A stretch of DNA of 49,621 nucleotides, the filler included, from Sphacelaria rigidula (Eukaryota), in the NCBI GenBank assembly GCA_964200075.2. It is 3 parts of 3 records of this genome, joined end to end, with 100 filler letters (N's around TTAATTAATTAA, not from the genome) between each part and the next. Parts side by side here need not be neighbours in the genome. Positions count along the whole stretch, not along the records: positions 1 to 16,475 come from CAXNAA020001345.1; positions 16,576 to 33,049 come from CAXNAA020001346.1; 1 more part is not named here. One strand, given 5' to 3'. Position 1 is the first letter of the stretch. Every line of letters starts with the position of its first letter. Below, one piece after another: positions 12,337-24,300 of this stretch. The notes under the pieces were generated by a model, which was not told where the DNA came from, did not search any database, and saw only the letters and a list, made by a program, of their open reading frames with translations. The translations under genes and the position numbers were made by a program.

Positions 12337-15300
12337 CTCCGTCTCCGTCTCCGTCTCCGTCTCCGTATCTCTTTTATTCATTATTGTGCACATGATTTGA
12401 CTTTTTACGGTACTTTTCCTACGTTTCGCTCGATGGCTTTCTTACAAACTTGCGGTGCCTGAAGATAGCTTTCAATCTAAGCAATGACGCCTTCAAGTGA
12501 TGACTTCGTTGTCGATGTCGGTTGGTTTGCGCTCTGCTAATTTCTTTTTCTGCCGCCTTGATTCTTCCAGGGCCCTTCACGGTGTGGCGCGCGGCGTCCA
12601 CCACATGCAAGATCTCGACTTGGTGCACGGCGACCTTAAGCCCGATAATGTGCTGATTTACCGTGATGCGAGCGGAATGACCGAAGCGAAGTTGTGCGAT
12701 TTCGCGTTCGCAACCGGTGAGCCGTTTGTGTATCCGAGCATACAAATTGTACACACACGTACGAAGACACACGATGGGTACTAGATTGCAACCGTCTGTG
12801 TTGTTCTTCAGTCCTCCAGGGTGTGTGTGCCTGTGTGCCTGTGTGTTTCGCCTGCGTATATTCAAGTCGTGGCATGTTAAACCATGACTATCCTTATGAG
12901 GTAAATGCATACGCATTTATGTTTGACCAAGAAGATTTTCAAGCCTGTCTGCACAGCGGACACTTCAGGACGGCTTCATTAGAAGACACGGCTGGTCTGA
13001 ATTACTAGGTTCAGATGTATTGTGTAGTTGGTGTCTATCTTTTATCAAGGAAGTGAAAACCACCCCGCGTCTGTCGAGTAGATCTACCCTATTTTCCTCG
13101 GAATCGCGCGGGTCCCTGTTTACTTTACTCCGCTGCACTCGCTGGCTTCATCACGAGCACAGACCAGTACAGTACAGTTAGTCAAAATCATGCAATGTTC
13201 AATCGATAAATGACGAGGTGTTGGCTCAGTACTTGTCGTGCACGTCGAACACACAGTATACTGTATATAACCCGGTTAGTTGCTTCGTCCATTGTACCTT
13301 GACCCCTCGTCCAAGCGTGAGTCTCCCAGAAAAGCATCAGCCATCTACATTGGTGTTGTAGTAAAGTATATTGGTTCGAGTTTTTCCGCACAGCGCCTCA
13401 TCCTGTTCGTTCGTGTGTGCGGTTTGATGTGACTTGTGTGCGTGGATGCGTTGTGCATGGCGATCAGAACGTAATGCGAGGAAAGAGGCGGATACAGGAA
13501 CTCTGGGATTTATTCCCGTCGAGAATATGGGAAAGTCGGTGGTTAGTGACTTTGCTCAGGACTGGATGTCCATGGGTGTCATCCTGGATGTATGTTTTCG
13601 CAAGCGGGAACACGGAGACTACATGTTCAAGGTAAATTTGTTTTCACAAGCTTGGATCTCTAAATCAACGAGGCCCATCGGGGGCAATTGCTCCTAGCCT
13701 CGCATGCCCAACAACAAAAGCACATGTCGGTCGACTGGTGGCGCCGGGTCTATTCAGGGTTCTAAATTCGGTACAGTATGGACTCTTTTTTGTTTGTTTG
13801 CCTTGGTGAATCATTGATATCTTCCGTGCACTAGTGCCGTACTGTCAAGGTCCATTGCTTCGGGCTTCCGATTGATCATTGTGTTCCTACTGAGCATATG
13901 CTATCTCAGTGTTTTCAAAGTCAGTTCAAGTACGTGTACAGTACGTAAAAGTAGCAGCAGCAGCAGCAGCAGCAACCCTGTGAAAGGGGAGACGGCGTTG
14001 GCGCCAGTTTGATTCTCTGCGAAAAAGCCTGTATTTTGCGTCTATCTGTCCTCTTCATGCCTACACCAATCTTCACCTCGTGCGACAAGCGATGGATACT
14101 GTTGAAGGAAAACTGTTACATTTTCTTTTCCAGACTCAACATCAGCGATGGGATGCCTCAGCATCTGCTCGAAACAGCGGAAGCGGAAGAAGGGACAGTG
14201 ATTCTCGGATTCGTACCCAGGGTTGCTTCATGAGTGTATGGTACGGTGTCGGCCGATCACCACTGGCGGTGTATCATCACATACTTGTTGCGTCCTCTTT
14301 GCCCGTGCTGTTTTGACGGTGACCACATGGCATATGCAGGAGGCTCTCAGCGATGAAGAAAAGCAGGAGCTGGCCGTTATAAGGCGTAAGGGCACGAGGT
14401 TGGGTGTGGACTACCGCAACCTTGATGAGTTCCATGAGTGGGACGTGAGTATTTGAAAAACTGCCAAAGTAGCCGAATTGACGTTCATCTCGGAACCTTT
14501 TTTTTTTTGCGGCGCATCATCCAATATTCTAAGCAATCTGACAAAAGCTGCTGCTGATATGAAGCGATGTGGTGTGATGGTACGTCAAAACTGTTTGCGG
14601 AAACTCAGCACTCTAGTGGCGTGGCTGGAACTGTCTTCTACCGTAACGTAAAAGACGCCACGCCATCATCGCCCAATTGTGGTCTTGATGGAGGATGACT
14701 CACGTGTACTGTACTGCATTTTGGTATGTTTCTCAGAAACTAGGGGTCTCCGACATGACGTGAGCAAAGCTTACGAAGGAATGTGTGTCCCGCAAATCGA
14801 CTGATGCACACGCAACACTTTTAAGAAATGTCGCTTAACGACGTTTTGATGCGACCTGCCGTCTTTTCCTCCGGGTTCGTTTTCTCCCTGTCGTCTTGCC
14901 ATCCTCTATTGCCGAAACGTTCGTCCCNNNNNNNNNCTCCCTTCCTCCTCCCGTTTCTCTTCCCTCCCCCCCTCCTCTCCCCCCCCCCTCTGCCCTCCGC
15001 CCCCCCCCCCCCCCCCCCCCCCTCCCCCACACGCCAAATCCCTCCATTGACGTTACTGACCATCTATGGTTGCCCGGCGGCACAAGGGGATGCTGGAACC
15101 CCGACAGAACGCAATGTACCGTATTACAATCCGATCGCGCTGTGCGTTGACGTAATGGGATGCAGTACAACCTGACCAAGATATGCCTGGAGGAGGAGAG
15201 GTACAGCAAGCTCGCCGTCCCGCACCGCTACGATGATGATGTGCCGTGCCGCACTGTGGTGAGTATGTTGTCTGGTCCAACAAACCTGCGCTGTGTTCTG

Positions 15301-16075
15301 CTCTTGTCTTCATTTTTCCGTCGGGAGCGGTGGTGCGTTACAGAGCAGGATTGAATTGCCTCTACAAACACACAACGAGAGCAGGTGTGTTTTTTCTCGT
15401 CTCTGTTGTCTGCGACGCGGAACTGTTAGGTGTGTAGATACCAATGGTATTTTTTGTCTACATGTCCTCCGTATCCCGATATGGTGATTCCAGAGTAGCT
15501 GTAAGCAACTCATCCCACCAAGGGAACAACACCTTCATTATGCCGCCCCGCCATCCCCACCGATATCAAAGAGGGTCTGTTTTCCGCACGATTGAGCAAT
15601 AAAAGCCAACAGCAACACTGTCAAACGCGGCCCCACATTTCCACGTGACGTTATTACGACCTACTGGCAATTCGTGGGCCTTTCCCCTTGTATCAGGTAC
15701 CGCAGTACCGCATCCGCCATTTATCCTGACTGCAACGATGTCGCCCAACTTGACTTGAACCCACAATGGACCAACGCATCGATATGCTGCATACGACAAA
15801 GTGAGCATGGGAGGTGGTGAAACAGAAGAACCCTGAACCTTGAAGATTGCAACATGATTGTGTTTGTGTGTACATATGTATTTATATATATTCCTAACAA
15901 CGAAAAGGTGGGGACGTGGATAACCCAACTTCTCTTCCGGGATCCGACCCAGCGCCCCACTATCACGGAGGTCCAGGGCTTTCTTGTGTACCTGCACGAC
16001 ATCAGCCAGAGGGTCGACAACGGCTGGATTACTCTGGATTCAGACGGGAATTTCACGAGCGTGAGTCTTGCATAG
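5693..16075 (+). CDS. Membrane-anchored coiled-coil protein kinase with atypical motifs, 10 exons, ~596 aa
   Basis: Exons with GT-AG boundaries and consistent phases: 5693-6001, 6310-6651, 7014-7280, 8939-8994, 10024-10164, 12571-12716, 13468-13631, 14340-14444, 15166-15258, 15908-16075. The spliced product has an N-terminal hydrophobic helix (VGVVAALLLVGALFWLW), then ~200 aa of Ala/Glu/Arg coiled coil. Kinase subdomains follow in order: LSRGEFT (I), FVVKT (II), IRES (III), RHENIV (IV), HGDLKPDNVL (VIb), LCDFAFA (VII), GTLGFIPVE (VIII), DWMSMGVIL (IX), RDPTQRPTITEV (XI). An in-frame acceptor AG ending at 5683 means further upstream exons are possible. Confidence 0.85.
8050..8716. repeat. Long loop-less inverted repeat (palindrome, arms ~330 bp) derived from kinase exon 3/intron 3 sequence
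   Basis: Centre ggacgttggacgctggg|cccagcgtccaacgtcc at 8381/8382. Arms pair out to ggagaggagg (8050) / cctcctctcc (8716) with one 3-nt indel. The left arm on the minus strand reads NVLSRGEFATTTVVTLPIMGQTDAKYAVKTRKE. Confidence 0.92.
8391..8879 (+). pseudogene. Direct duplicate of the 3' part of kinase exon 3 plus the start of intron 3 (pseudo-exon with in-frame stop)
   Basis: Homologous to ~7182-7667. Translates NVQSRGEFATTIVVTLPILG*TDAKYAVKTRKE followed by a GT donor. It lacks the 5' part of the exon and its acceptor. Confidence 0.8.
10540..11700 (-). repeat. Dispersed repeat, copy 2 (inverted relative to 956-1765), inside kinase intron 5; boundaries approximate
   Basis: Reverse-complement similarity to 956-1765. 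Carries extra sequence at ~11330-11520 (two cctcgggatg motifs) that is absent from copy 1. Confidence 0.75.
12286..12366. repeat. Compound microsatellite (TC)n-(CCGTCT)n in kinase intron 5
   Basis: Directly visible in the sequence. Confidence 0.95.
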
Positions 16076-16475
16076 CAGTGCGTTGCAGTTGCAGTCGTGA
16101 GCGGCTGGCGCCCGGGATAGGGGGAGTGACCAAAGGAGTCGGGCGGGGATATGATTTGGTCGGTTTAAACATACATACTGACCGTGGGCCACAAAACCCA
16201 GATACACACGCGAAAGTCATCGTCCAGCGTAGCTGATAGTGACCTTTTTCAAGGCGGTTTGTAGATGATATGAGGTCCATGGTTTTATGACATGGATAGC
16301 CTCTTGGAGACTGAAGCCCTGCGCCATGGACAGGGGTCACAAGCTCATCCAATTCATCATCTCCCCTCTTGGTCCCTTTGTGCCCCCCCCCCCCGCTAGC
16401 CTGGTCCGGCGAGAACCCGGCGTGCTCCGTCCCGGCTTTGTAGGGATGCGAGGTCAACGGTCTCATGGCTACGGC

Positions 16476-16575
16476 NNNNNNNNNNNNNNNNNNNNNNNNN
16501 NNNNNNNNNNNNNNNNNNNTTAATTAATTAANNNNNNNNNNNNNNNNNNNNNNNNNNNNNNNNNNNNNNNNNNNN
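16476..16575. other. Artificial contig-joining linker (44 N + TTAATTAATTAA + 44 N)
   Basis: Exactly 100 nt, with stop codons in all six frames. Identical structure at 33050-33149. Confidence 0.97.
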
Positions 16576-19500
16576 GGGGTTGCCGGGGACTTGTTTTGGT
16601 TGTATATTCTGTTCCGTATTTTGTTTTTGTATTTGTTATTTGATTTTCGTTTTTTTTTTTTTTTCTTCTGGTGTGTCGTCTTTTTTTGGCTTTGGATCCT
16701 GATATTGTGTTTTCTTTTGTTTTTTGCCTTGGCGTCATTTTGTTTGGCTTTGTTTCTGTTTTTGTTTTTATTTTATTTCCCCTTCTTCTTTTTCTTTTCC
16801 CTTCGCGTCGTGCTTCGTGTTCGATTTTGTTTTGTGTTCAATGAGTAATTTCTTGGCTATTTCTGGATTCATTTGGCAAAGAACAAGTGACGACCGTTCC
16901 ATTCCTGACCCCCGAGTCTGGAACCTCCGTCCTCCGCGCCGTACATTCACGATCATCCCGTATACTGCTGGAACAGTTGCCACGAGATATTTATTTCTTC
17001 ATTTTACTTTATTTCTTCGTTGTACGCACCTTTTGTCTTCTTTTGTGGAACATGTTTATTTTATTTTTTATTTGTCTTTTTGGTAAAGCGACCCCCCCGT
17101 CTGGAATAATTGCGCTCTTGCCCAACCGCTCCGTACAAGCGTACCGCCTCCCTCTTCGGGATCGGTCGTGGCGTGTCCCTTTTTATGTGCGTACCACGTT
17201 GAGTTTTATATTAACATGGGTGATAGTGACCGAAGCCGAGTGCCTGAAATGTTTTGACCTTCTTGGCTCAAACTTTTCACCCTACTTGCTTCGTACACAC
17301 GGTAACCGCTCCCGTTTACAAAGACGGTTGCTCCGCGTTGTGTTTCTTCTTCATGTTATTGATATTTCATTTTCGCTATTGCCCAACGTGCCCCTGGTTT
17401 TGTATTCACTTTGGTTTGAGTTTCTGCGTCTATGTCGGGAATTTCGCCATGAGTGTTCCAAGTTCCTGACCCTCGAGTCTAGAACACTTGGCCTATTTTT
17501 TTGCGGGTCCTGCACACGTGTGACCGACCTCGTTTATAGAAGGGTCATGGGTAATGCGACGCGATGATTTACACTTTGGTGGTCGGTAAGTGACAACGAG
17601 GTCACCACTGGTCGCGTAGTACATAGCGGTGTTGAAGAATCGTCATTGAAGTCGCGGTATAATCGGTTGCAAACGTCTCCTCATACAGGACCACTACGAA
17701 TAATGATAAGGTAGATTGCTCTTACGGAACAGTCCGTTCCGCCATGTCGATATCCAATCATTGGTACAGCCTACAGGCTCAGAGTCCGCAACTCGCTATT
17801 TTTTCTGTCACTTATATCAGTTTTTTGCGTACAATTAACCGCCCCTGAAATCGGTCGGTGGTGTTTTGCTTTTATCAGGGGATATTGGACGAAGTAACGT
17901 GACGGTACGACCGGCTGTGGTATTTACTCCAGTTTGTGTTTGGGCCAGTCTCGTTTTAGTCCGGACGGGCAAATACTGTGAGGAGTAGGCTGCGTTGGTC
18001 CCCTCTTGTCCTGCGTATTTGTCGTGGTTCAGAAATGTGTTGGGAGATCCGCCTCGGAACTACGTAGTAGGCCCGAAGGTTTTGTATTGACTCCACTACG
18101 TTTCTTTTGGCGTACACGGACACCTGACCTCACAAACCGGTCGGTTGTTTTCGTATCTCGTCGTGCGAGAAAAAAAAAGTGCTGTACGACTGGATCATCA
18201 CCCAGACGTACATAGCAAAACGTTGCTCTCACAAACATGTACCGACAGTCAACTCACGTCAACCGGGTTGATTGTCTGTATCATGCGTGTTTTCTTTTTT
18301 TCACCGTATGGTTTTCGTGGGAAATCACCTTTTTCGTGACGAAATCGGCTGTACGTTGTTGGCTTTTGCTGATTGACTGGGACGAGTGATTAGCATGAAC
18401 TTGGTTACCGGAGTGATATAATGCCTTGGCGGGTTTGCTTGTTTTTCTACCAATGAACTCAAACACATCGGACATCCGGTAAGAGTAAACTGTTTTCATA
18501 AAAACTGTTTTCATAATATAGTTATGGCAGGGTATGATGACCGTTCACGGATGAGGTTCTGATTTCATGTGACTACACCGGAAACGCTCACGGCTTTTTG
18601 AGGGCACAGCATTTTAGGGTAAGTCGGTTTGATTCATTTATTTTTGCTCATGATTCCTCGTGAGAATCTCACGGAATTCGAGGACACTGTACTGTATCGG
18701 TTCGTTTTGTTTTCGCTTTGCCTTGTTCTTTTTGTGTTCTTATTTTTTCTTTATTCTTTGTGTTGGTCTACGTTTTTGTGGTGCGGGAGAAGGTATGGAC
18801 GAAGCACTCTCGCCTCTTGTCATAATCTGCGAGTGCTTCAACCATGAGAGACATATGTTATGTGATGAGTACTCTGCAGTGTAGTTCGTCCGGATACACA
18901 GAACGGCGGGTACTAGAGTCGTATATGTTTCGCGAATATTTCAGCGGCTTGTAGATGCCGAGCCAGCTGTTGGTTGATACGTGCGTAGTTAGACGCTATC
19001 GTGTGGGATGACGTGAAATTATTGGAGTTCAACGGTAGATATATACGTGAGCTTATTAGAAGTTGCTTAGCTACGTTTCTGAGTTATGACTTTGAATAGA
19101 AACATGTCCGGGAACTGGCTGATAGGCAAGTGCACTGCCCCCTGTTCACACTCTTTCTCCGCCCAAGGACCCAGCAGTAAGCACAGGACTAATTGAGACT
19201 TTGCCAGCATCTGATAAGACTTCAGCTACACCCTTCTGTGGTGATTGAGCCTCAGGATCTAAGGAGACTACACGTGAGTCTTCCCTGAGTGTAATATACA
19301 TATTTTGTTCTGCTTACTTCTCTACTTGTATCCATCTGTTGATTTGTGCCGCAGCTGAGCATACAACTGTAGCTTGCACCTCTATCGAACCGTCATTTGA
19401 TCCTTGGACATCCGACATCACCCCCCTGCATCAAGCAGCCAAGGTGACAATCTACTCTTCATTTAACACAAAAGAACACGAGCGAAGAGCTTCCACTCTG

Positions 19501-19657
19501 TCGTTGCTTCTCTCTCTGGTGAAATAGTCATCGGCACGCGTGTACACCGCATTCGTTCGGTGCACCTAGCCACAACTGATTCACTGCTGCAGAGTTTTGG
19601 AGGGAAATATGGTTTCACTCTGTGTGACTGTTTCGCGTCATCCCTGCGAAACGATAT

Positions 19658-19990
19658 CACACGCAGTCATTTGGCTACACCCAAAAATGCCTCCGGAGGG
19701 ATGCGCGGCCCTCCAGGGGGAAACCAAGTCTCCAGAGGCCTTCCATCTGTCTAGAGGAGACCAAACTCTACCGACCCTGAGGGCCGCGCACCCCTCCCGA
19801 GGAATTTGGTGGTATGTGGGGCCCTCCTGAGAAAAGAATAAGCCTCCGGAGGCGTTTAACCCCTCTGGAGGGAACAAAACAATCTCTTCTGGAGGGTTGC
19901 ACACCCCTCCGGTGGCGTTAAATTCCTCTGGAGGCTCTAAAAGTGTACCCACCTGGAGGAAGTTTGGAGATAGCCAAATGGCCGCGTGTG
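19658..19990. mobile_element. MITE with CACAC...GTGTG termini and internal CTCYGGAGG subrepeats (CMC/EnSpm-like)
   Basis: TIR cacacgcagtcatttggctacacccaaa vs tttggagatagccaaatggccgcgtgtg, flanked by AT on both sides. Many internal ctccggagg/ctctggagg units in both orientations. Confidence 0.7.
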
Positions 19991-21399
19991 ATGCCACTTG
20001 AACCTCATCTTAGAGATTAACCCCGTTTCCCAGGATCCACTATTAATAATATGAACATTAATACACGTTAAGCACTTAAATACTCTCACCCTAGTGCCAC
20101 TACTCCGGCGCCACACTTCGAAAAATTATCCGAGTTGCTCTCAGGCGAAAAACCGTACCATCTCTGCATGAAAAAGACTGAAACAAAAGGCCCCGATCTG
20201 GATTTCATTGAAATGCCATCTACCATCGATGTATTGTTTTATGTGGGTTATCCTTGGTGTGCTCCTGCACCGTCGATACCCATCCTAATACGTAGTATAT
20301 TCTAAAAGATATAAGTCGTCTGGCGGCTCGCCTCCTTTCCGCCTCTCTACGCATCGGAACTCTTGTGCGAACCGGGTACCACGTAGCTCATGCAAAAATA
20401 TTTGTCTTCTTCAAAACGGCTTCTAGCTCCGCAGACTCATCATCAGGAGAACCGGCCGCCACTCTCAGTACTTCTATCAACTCGTCTCAGACCGTTCCCT
20501 GTCGAGGATATGACAAACGCCTTCCCGTCACCATGCATGGGATCAGTGAACTTGTTGCCAGCCGTCCATGTGTTCGAGGTAGTTGGACCAGCCCCGCACA
20601 CACCGGCCCAGCCTCTCCGATGCTGTGTGAGTGTCGTTTTTTCTTTGCCAAACAATTGGGAACGTGATCTCACGGAGGGTGCATTCCAACTCAATGATAC
20701 CCAGGTTATGATGGTCACGATCGTAGTCACCAACGCCATTTGCAACCGAAATAAATATACACCTTTCTCTTTCTCTCTGTCTCTCTCTCGCACACACGGA
20801 CATCTACCCGTACCCATCCGCGCAAATTTCTGAATGATCCTTCAGCCACTGAGACATTGTTTCCCTGCTCAGCATCAAGAATGCAGCACCCGACGTATGC
20901 CCGCTCTGAATCATCGACCCTCCCACCCAATCTCTACAATACAGCGGGAGGCAGTGGCATGCATGTTGCGTGTTGTTACTACATGCAGGGACAGGTTATC
21001 ACGCACATTAGTCGATGCGGGGGTACAGCTGACGCTCCCCTACAAATTTCCAGACGCTATTTCTCAACGGTTTAAGCAAGATATAGCGGAACTAAAATTG
21101 AAAGCTCAGTCACGCCGCTCGCTATATCCATCTCTCATCTCGCTTGCCCGTAAATGACGCTTTCGCCACCGAGAAGAGATTGTGTCCCAGCTCAAGTCGC
21201 TCACTGCCAGCACTTGGTGGGCCCGTCCACATTTTCATTGTCCACACCCACTCTACGGGACATGTGGCGATGGTCCATTGACGTCACGTCAAAATCGAAA
21301 CGCATCGTTCACTGCACGTTTTCGCCTACATCCGATCGCACCGACTTTGGATTGTACGTGCGAAGGAAGCAACGGCCATTGCATCACAAATTTCCTTAC

Positions 21400-24300
21400 T
21401 CAGAGGGACAGACAGCAGTGGGCACTCTGGATGGCGCTCCTCATGTGTGCGATGGCGTTGGTCCGGCCGTTGGGTCCACAGAATGCCGCTTCGTAGTCTT
21501 CACACACCGCGGACGACCCGGGGCTGCCGGAAGGCCAGTCTGGAGTGCTGACGTACCTGCGCCCATTGTATCGTGGCAGCGCGATGTTTCGATGTGTAAG
21601 AAGCGCTGTGTTTGTGTTCAGAATTTCGTGTGTTGACGCACCCACTCTGATGCGGCCTGTTCTGTATTTTTTTCAGCGTTTATTTGTGGTTGGTATACGG
21701 CTACGCAGGAAATTCGAGCGCTGGATGATGATCACTGCGCGGGAGTTGTAGCTTCGTGTTACTGATCAGCAGTCCAGGCATTGCTGTACGGGGATCGGTG
21801 AGATTCATGAGAACTTCTACAAGTACACAGACTCTCGTTTGAATCTCATGCAGAGTTTTCTTGGGAAGCACGTTCAGCACTCTTACGACTCGTTTTCGTC
21901 GACAGGCGTTGTACGTAGGAGATCAGAGGCAGACAACACTTATTCTACGTATGCAATAGCATTGTTCCATGCCATCAACATCGTGCCCTGAAGTCCACGA
22001 GGTACACTCACCCAGCGTGTTTCCCGGGGTAGCCGTGATCGCCCTCGTCGTTCACGACACCCGAGTATGCGTACAGGTCAGTATCTTCTCCAGGCCCGGC
22101 GACTCTGATGTTGCATAGTCCGATGCCCTTACCGTTTACGAGCATCTCCCACAGTTCGCCGTCTTCCATTTCGAGGTATTCCTCTGCAGATAGTCTGTCC
22201 TCCACTGGGTCTGGCTCGCAAGTCTGGTTGGGGTTGCTGTCTGTATTCTCGACCACGTCAAGACGATAAAAGACAGACGCCGTGGCCGCCAAAATGAACA
22301 AGGAAAACTCGCGAACTGAGGCGACAGTGGGCATGCGGGAAAGTGCGACTTTATGGGAACATAATGTGGAGGCAGAACCTCCTCTTCGAACTGTCCGACT
22401 TACGGCTGTGCGTGATGGAGTGTTATCTTCGAAACAGTCATCCTCTACTGTAGTGTACGGTGCCAGTGACATCTGGAAGGTATCACTAAAACATGTCACG
22501 ACACCTCAGTTATCACGGGCGCATGTCATTGGCACATCCTGAGTCGGAAAACGTGGCGACAAGCAGCGAACGCAGCGACTGGAGTTGGCCTGCAAGCCCA
22601 AGAGTAGGGAACAGCGTTAGGGTTATGGCCCGGGTGAGGGTTAACGGCAGCTGGGTAGGTGCAGTGGGACGCCCAACTCATTACTGGCGCATCGATTGTG
22701 CATTCTGGCACGTACCGGCGCGACGTGCTACTGGTATCTTGAGGTTTGAGTGGAGAAAGTGCTAGTGTCACCGGAAACAAGCACGATAAAGGCGGGTATA
22801 CCCTGTAATGCGTGAGCGAATCGCATGCGTTTTGGACCGCATCGGAGCCTCAACACCCGAATGGTTAGGGTTAGGGTTTGGGCCAATGCTGAGGTCAGGA
22901 TCAGGAGCGCGGTTCCTGCAGGGACTGCTCCGAGCGGTCTCGAAAAAAGTCGATCCTGGGATGTTTCGAACTCCGATGTGGTCCAAGAAGCACGCGGGTC
23001 CTATCACGCATTAAACCCCTTCAAAACCGACGTCGATGTAGAAATATGTTGACCAGGAAAGGCAGAACAAACCAGCCATCCCATGCGGTGGGGGAGGGGT
23101 GGGTAAAGTGTTTTCGTAATGATGAGGTTCATGGGCGTGTGATGCACAACGATTTACTGTGTATCTTCGCGGAGTGAAGAGCCCTCAAGTCACCGACCTG
23201 TCGCTGAAAACATATAACAGTGCTTTTCCAAGTACCCTGTACTGTCTAAAGCAAAGTCTTAATATCGGGCAACCGGCCGGTCGAAACATCCCCCTCCGTC
23301 CTCGGGATGACCCATAGGCAGCAAGCACAATGAACGAATGGCCTGATTACTTAAATTCTCCACCTGCATGTAGGAATAAAAACCCAATTAACGCATCTTT
23401 TATGCTGGTTAGCATGATCGATCTGTGAAAATATATTCCTGTAGTTGTCACCAATGCCACCACCACCATCGAATGATACCTCTAGTACCACACAAGTGTC
23501 AAAGTGCTACCGTCCTCACCTTCACAGTAGACCCCGAAGATCTCCAACTTCACCTGTAACGCGACAGAGGCAACATCCGGTTCGGATCAAGCGCGATGAA
23601 TGTTATCCAGGTTTACGCTATGGCGCAGATAGGGAGCGACGACATTTGTTTGGACGCAACCGACTACGAAACCCACGACAGAAATAACGGGAACGTATCT
23701 AAATTGCAGCCTCGTTCGGGAAAACGACTGTCGGCGGCAACACTTGCCTAGATATCGCTGACCAATCAAAAACACGGTACTTCTACATTCTGTCTTGTTC
23801 TCTACTTCCCGCGCAAATCCAAAAATGTGCACGAGGCCCTGGTCGAGTGTGTCTCATCCACTTGGTGAATATCTCGCCATTACGGTTCATACGACCGCCG
23901 CCGGGTGCGGCGCTGGAACAAGGTGGCCTTCAGAACAGCACGCGGGCAGACATGTTGACTCATGGCATGTACATACCTCGGAAATACTGATCCACTCATT
24001 GGGGGAGAGGTCGGAAGTGGCAAAGATGTTGACTTGGCGCACCCCCTTTGTAGCAATATCAGGGAGTTCCGCTATCGTAATCTGCGGCGAAATGGCGTCG
24101 GTGTACACGGGGTGGATGAGACAAAAGGCGTCGCGTCCAGACACAGTCGCGTCGCATAATTACGCGCCAACCTGATGCGGGGTGTCGGCAGCTACCTGAG
24201 GTGAGGCGACCCGACGAAACAGTACTCTGATGGAAACAAGACAATATCTAGTACTTCGTCTGATATTGCACAATTGGGATACATGGAAATCAACCGTGTG

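Noticed and set aside
14821-15209. Poly-Pro / poly-Gly ORFs
   Set aside because: A C-rich tract next to an N gap inside kinase intron 8, likely poor-quality sequence.
16476-16575. TTAATTAATTAA palindrome within N runs (also at 33050-33149) as a biological motif
   Set aside because: It is a fixed 44N+12+44N structure with six-frame stops, i.e. an artificial scaffold spacer.
16576-17567. Phe/Leu-rich 'membrane protein' ORFs (16591, 16724, 16887)
   Set aside because: T-rich low-complexity, probably low-quality sequence next to a contig end. No recognisable motif.
21400-21440. In-frame TGA as selenocysteine recoding
   Set aside because: No selenoprotein-like context and no SECIS identified. 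An ordinary stop or gene decay is more parsimonious.
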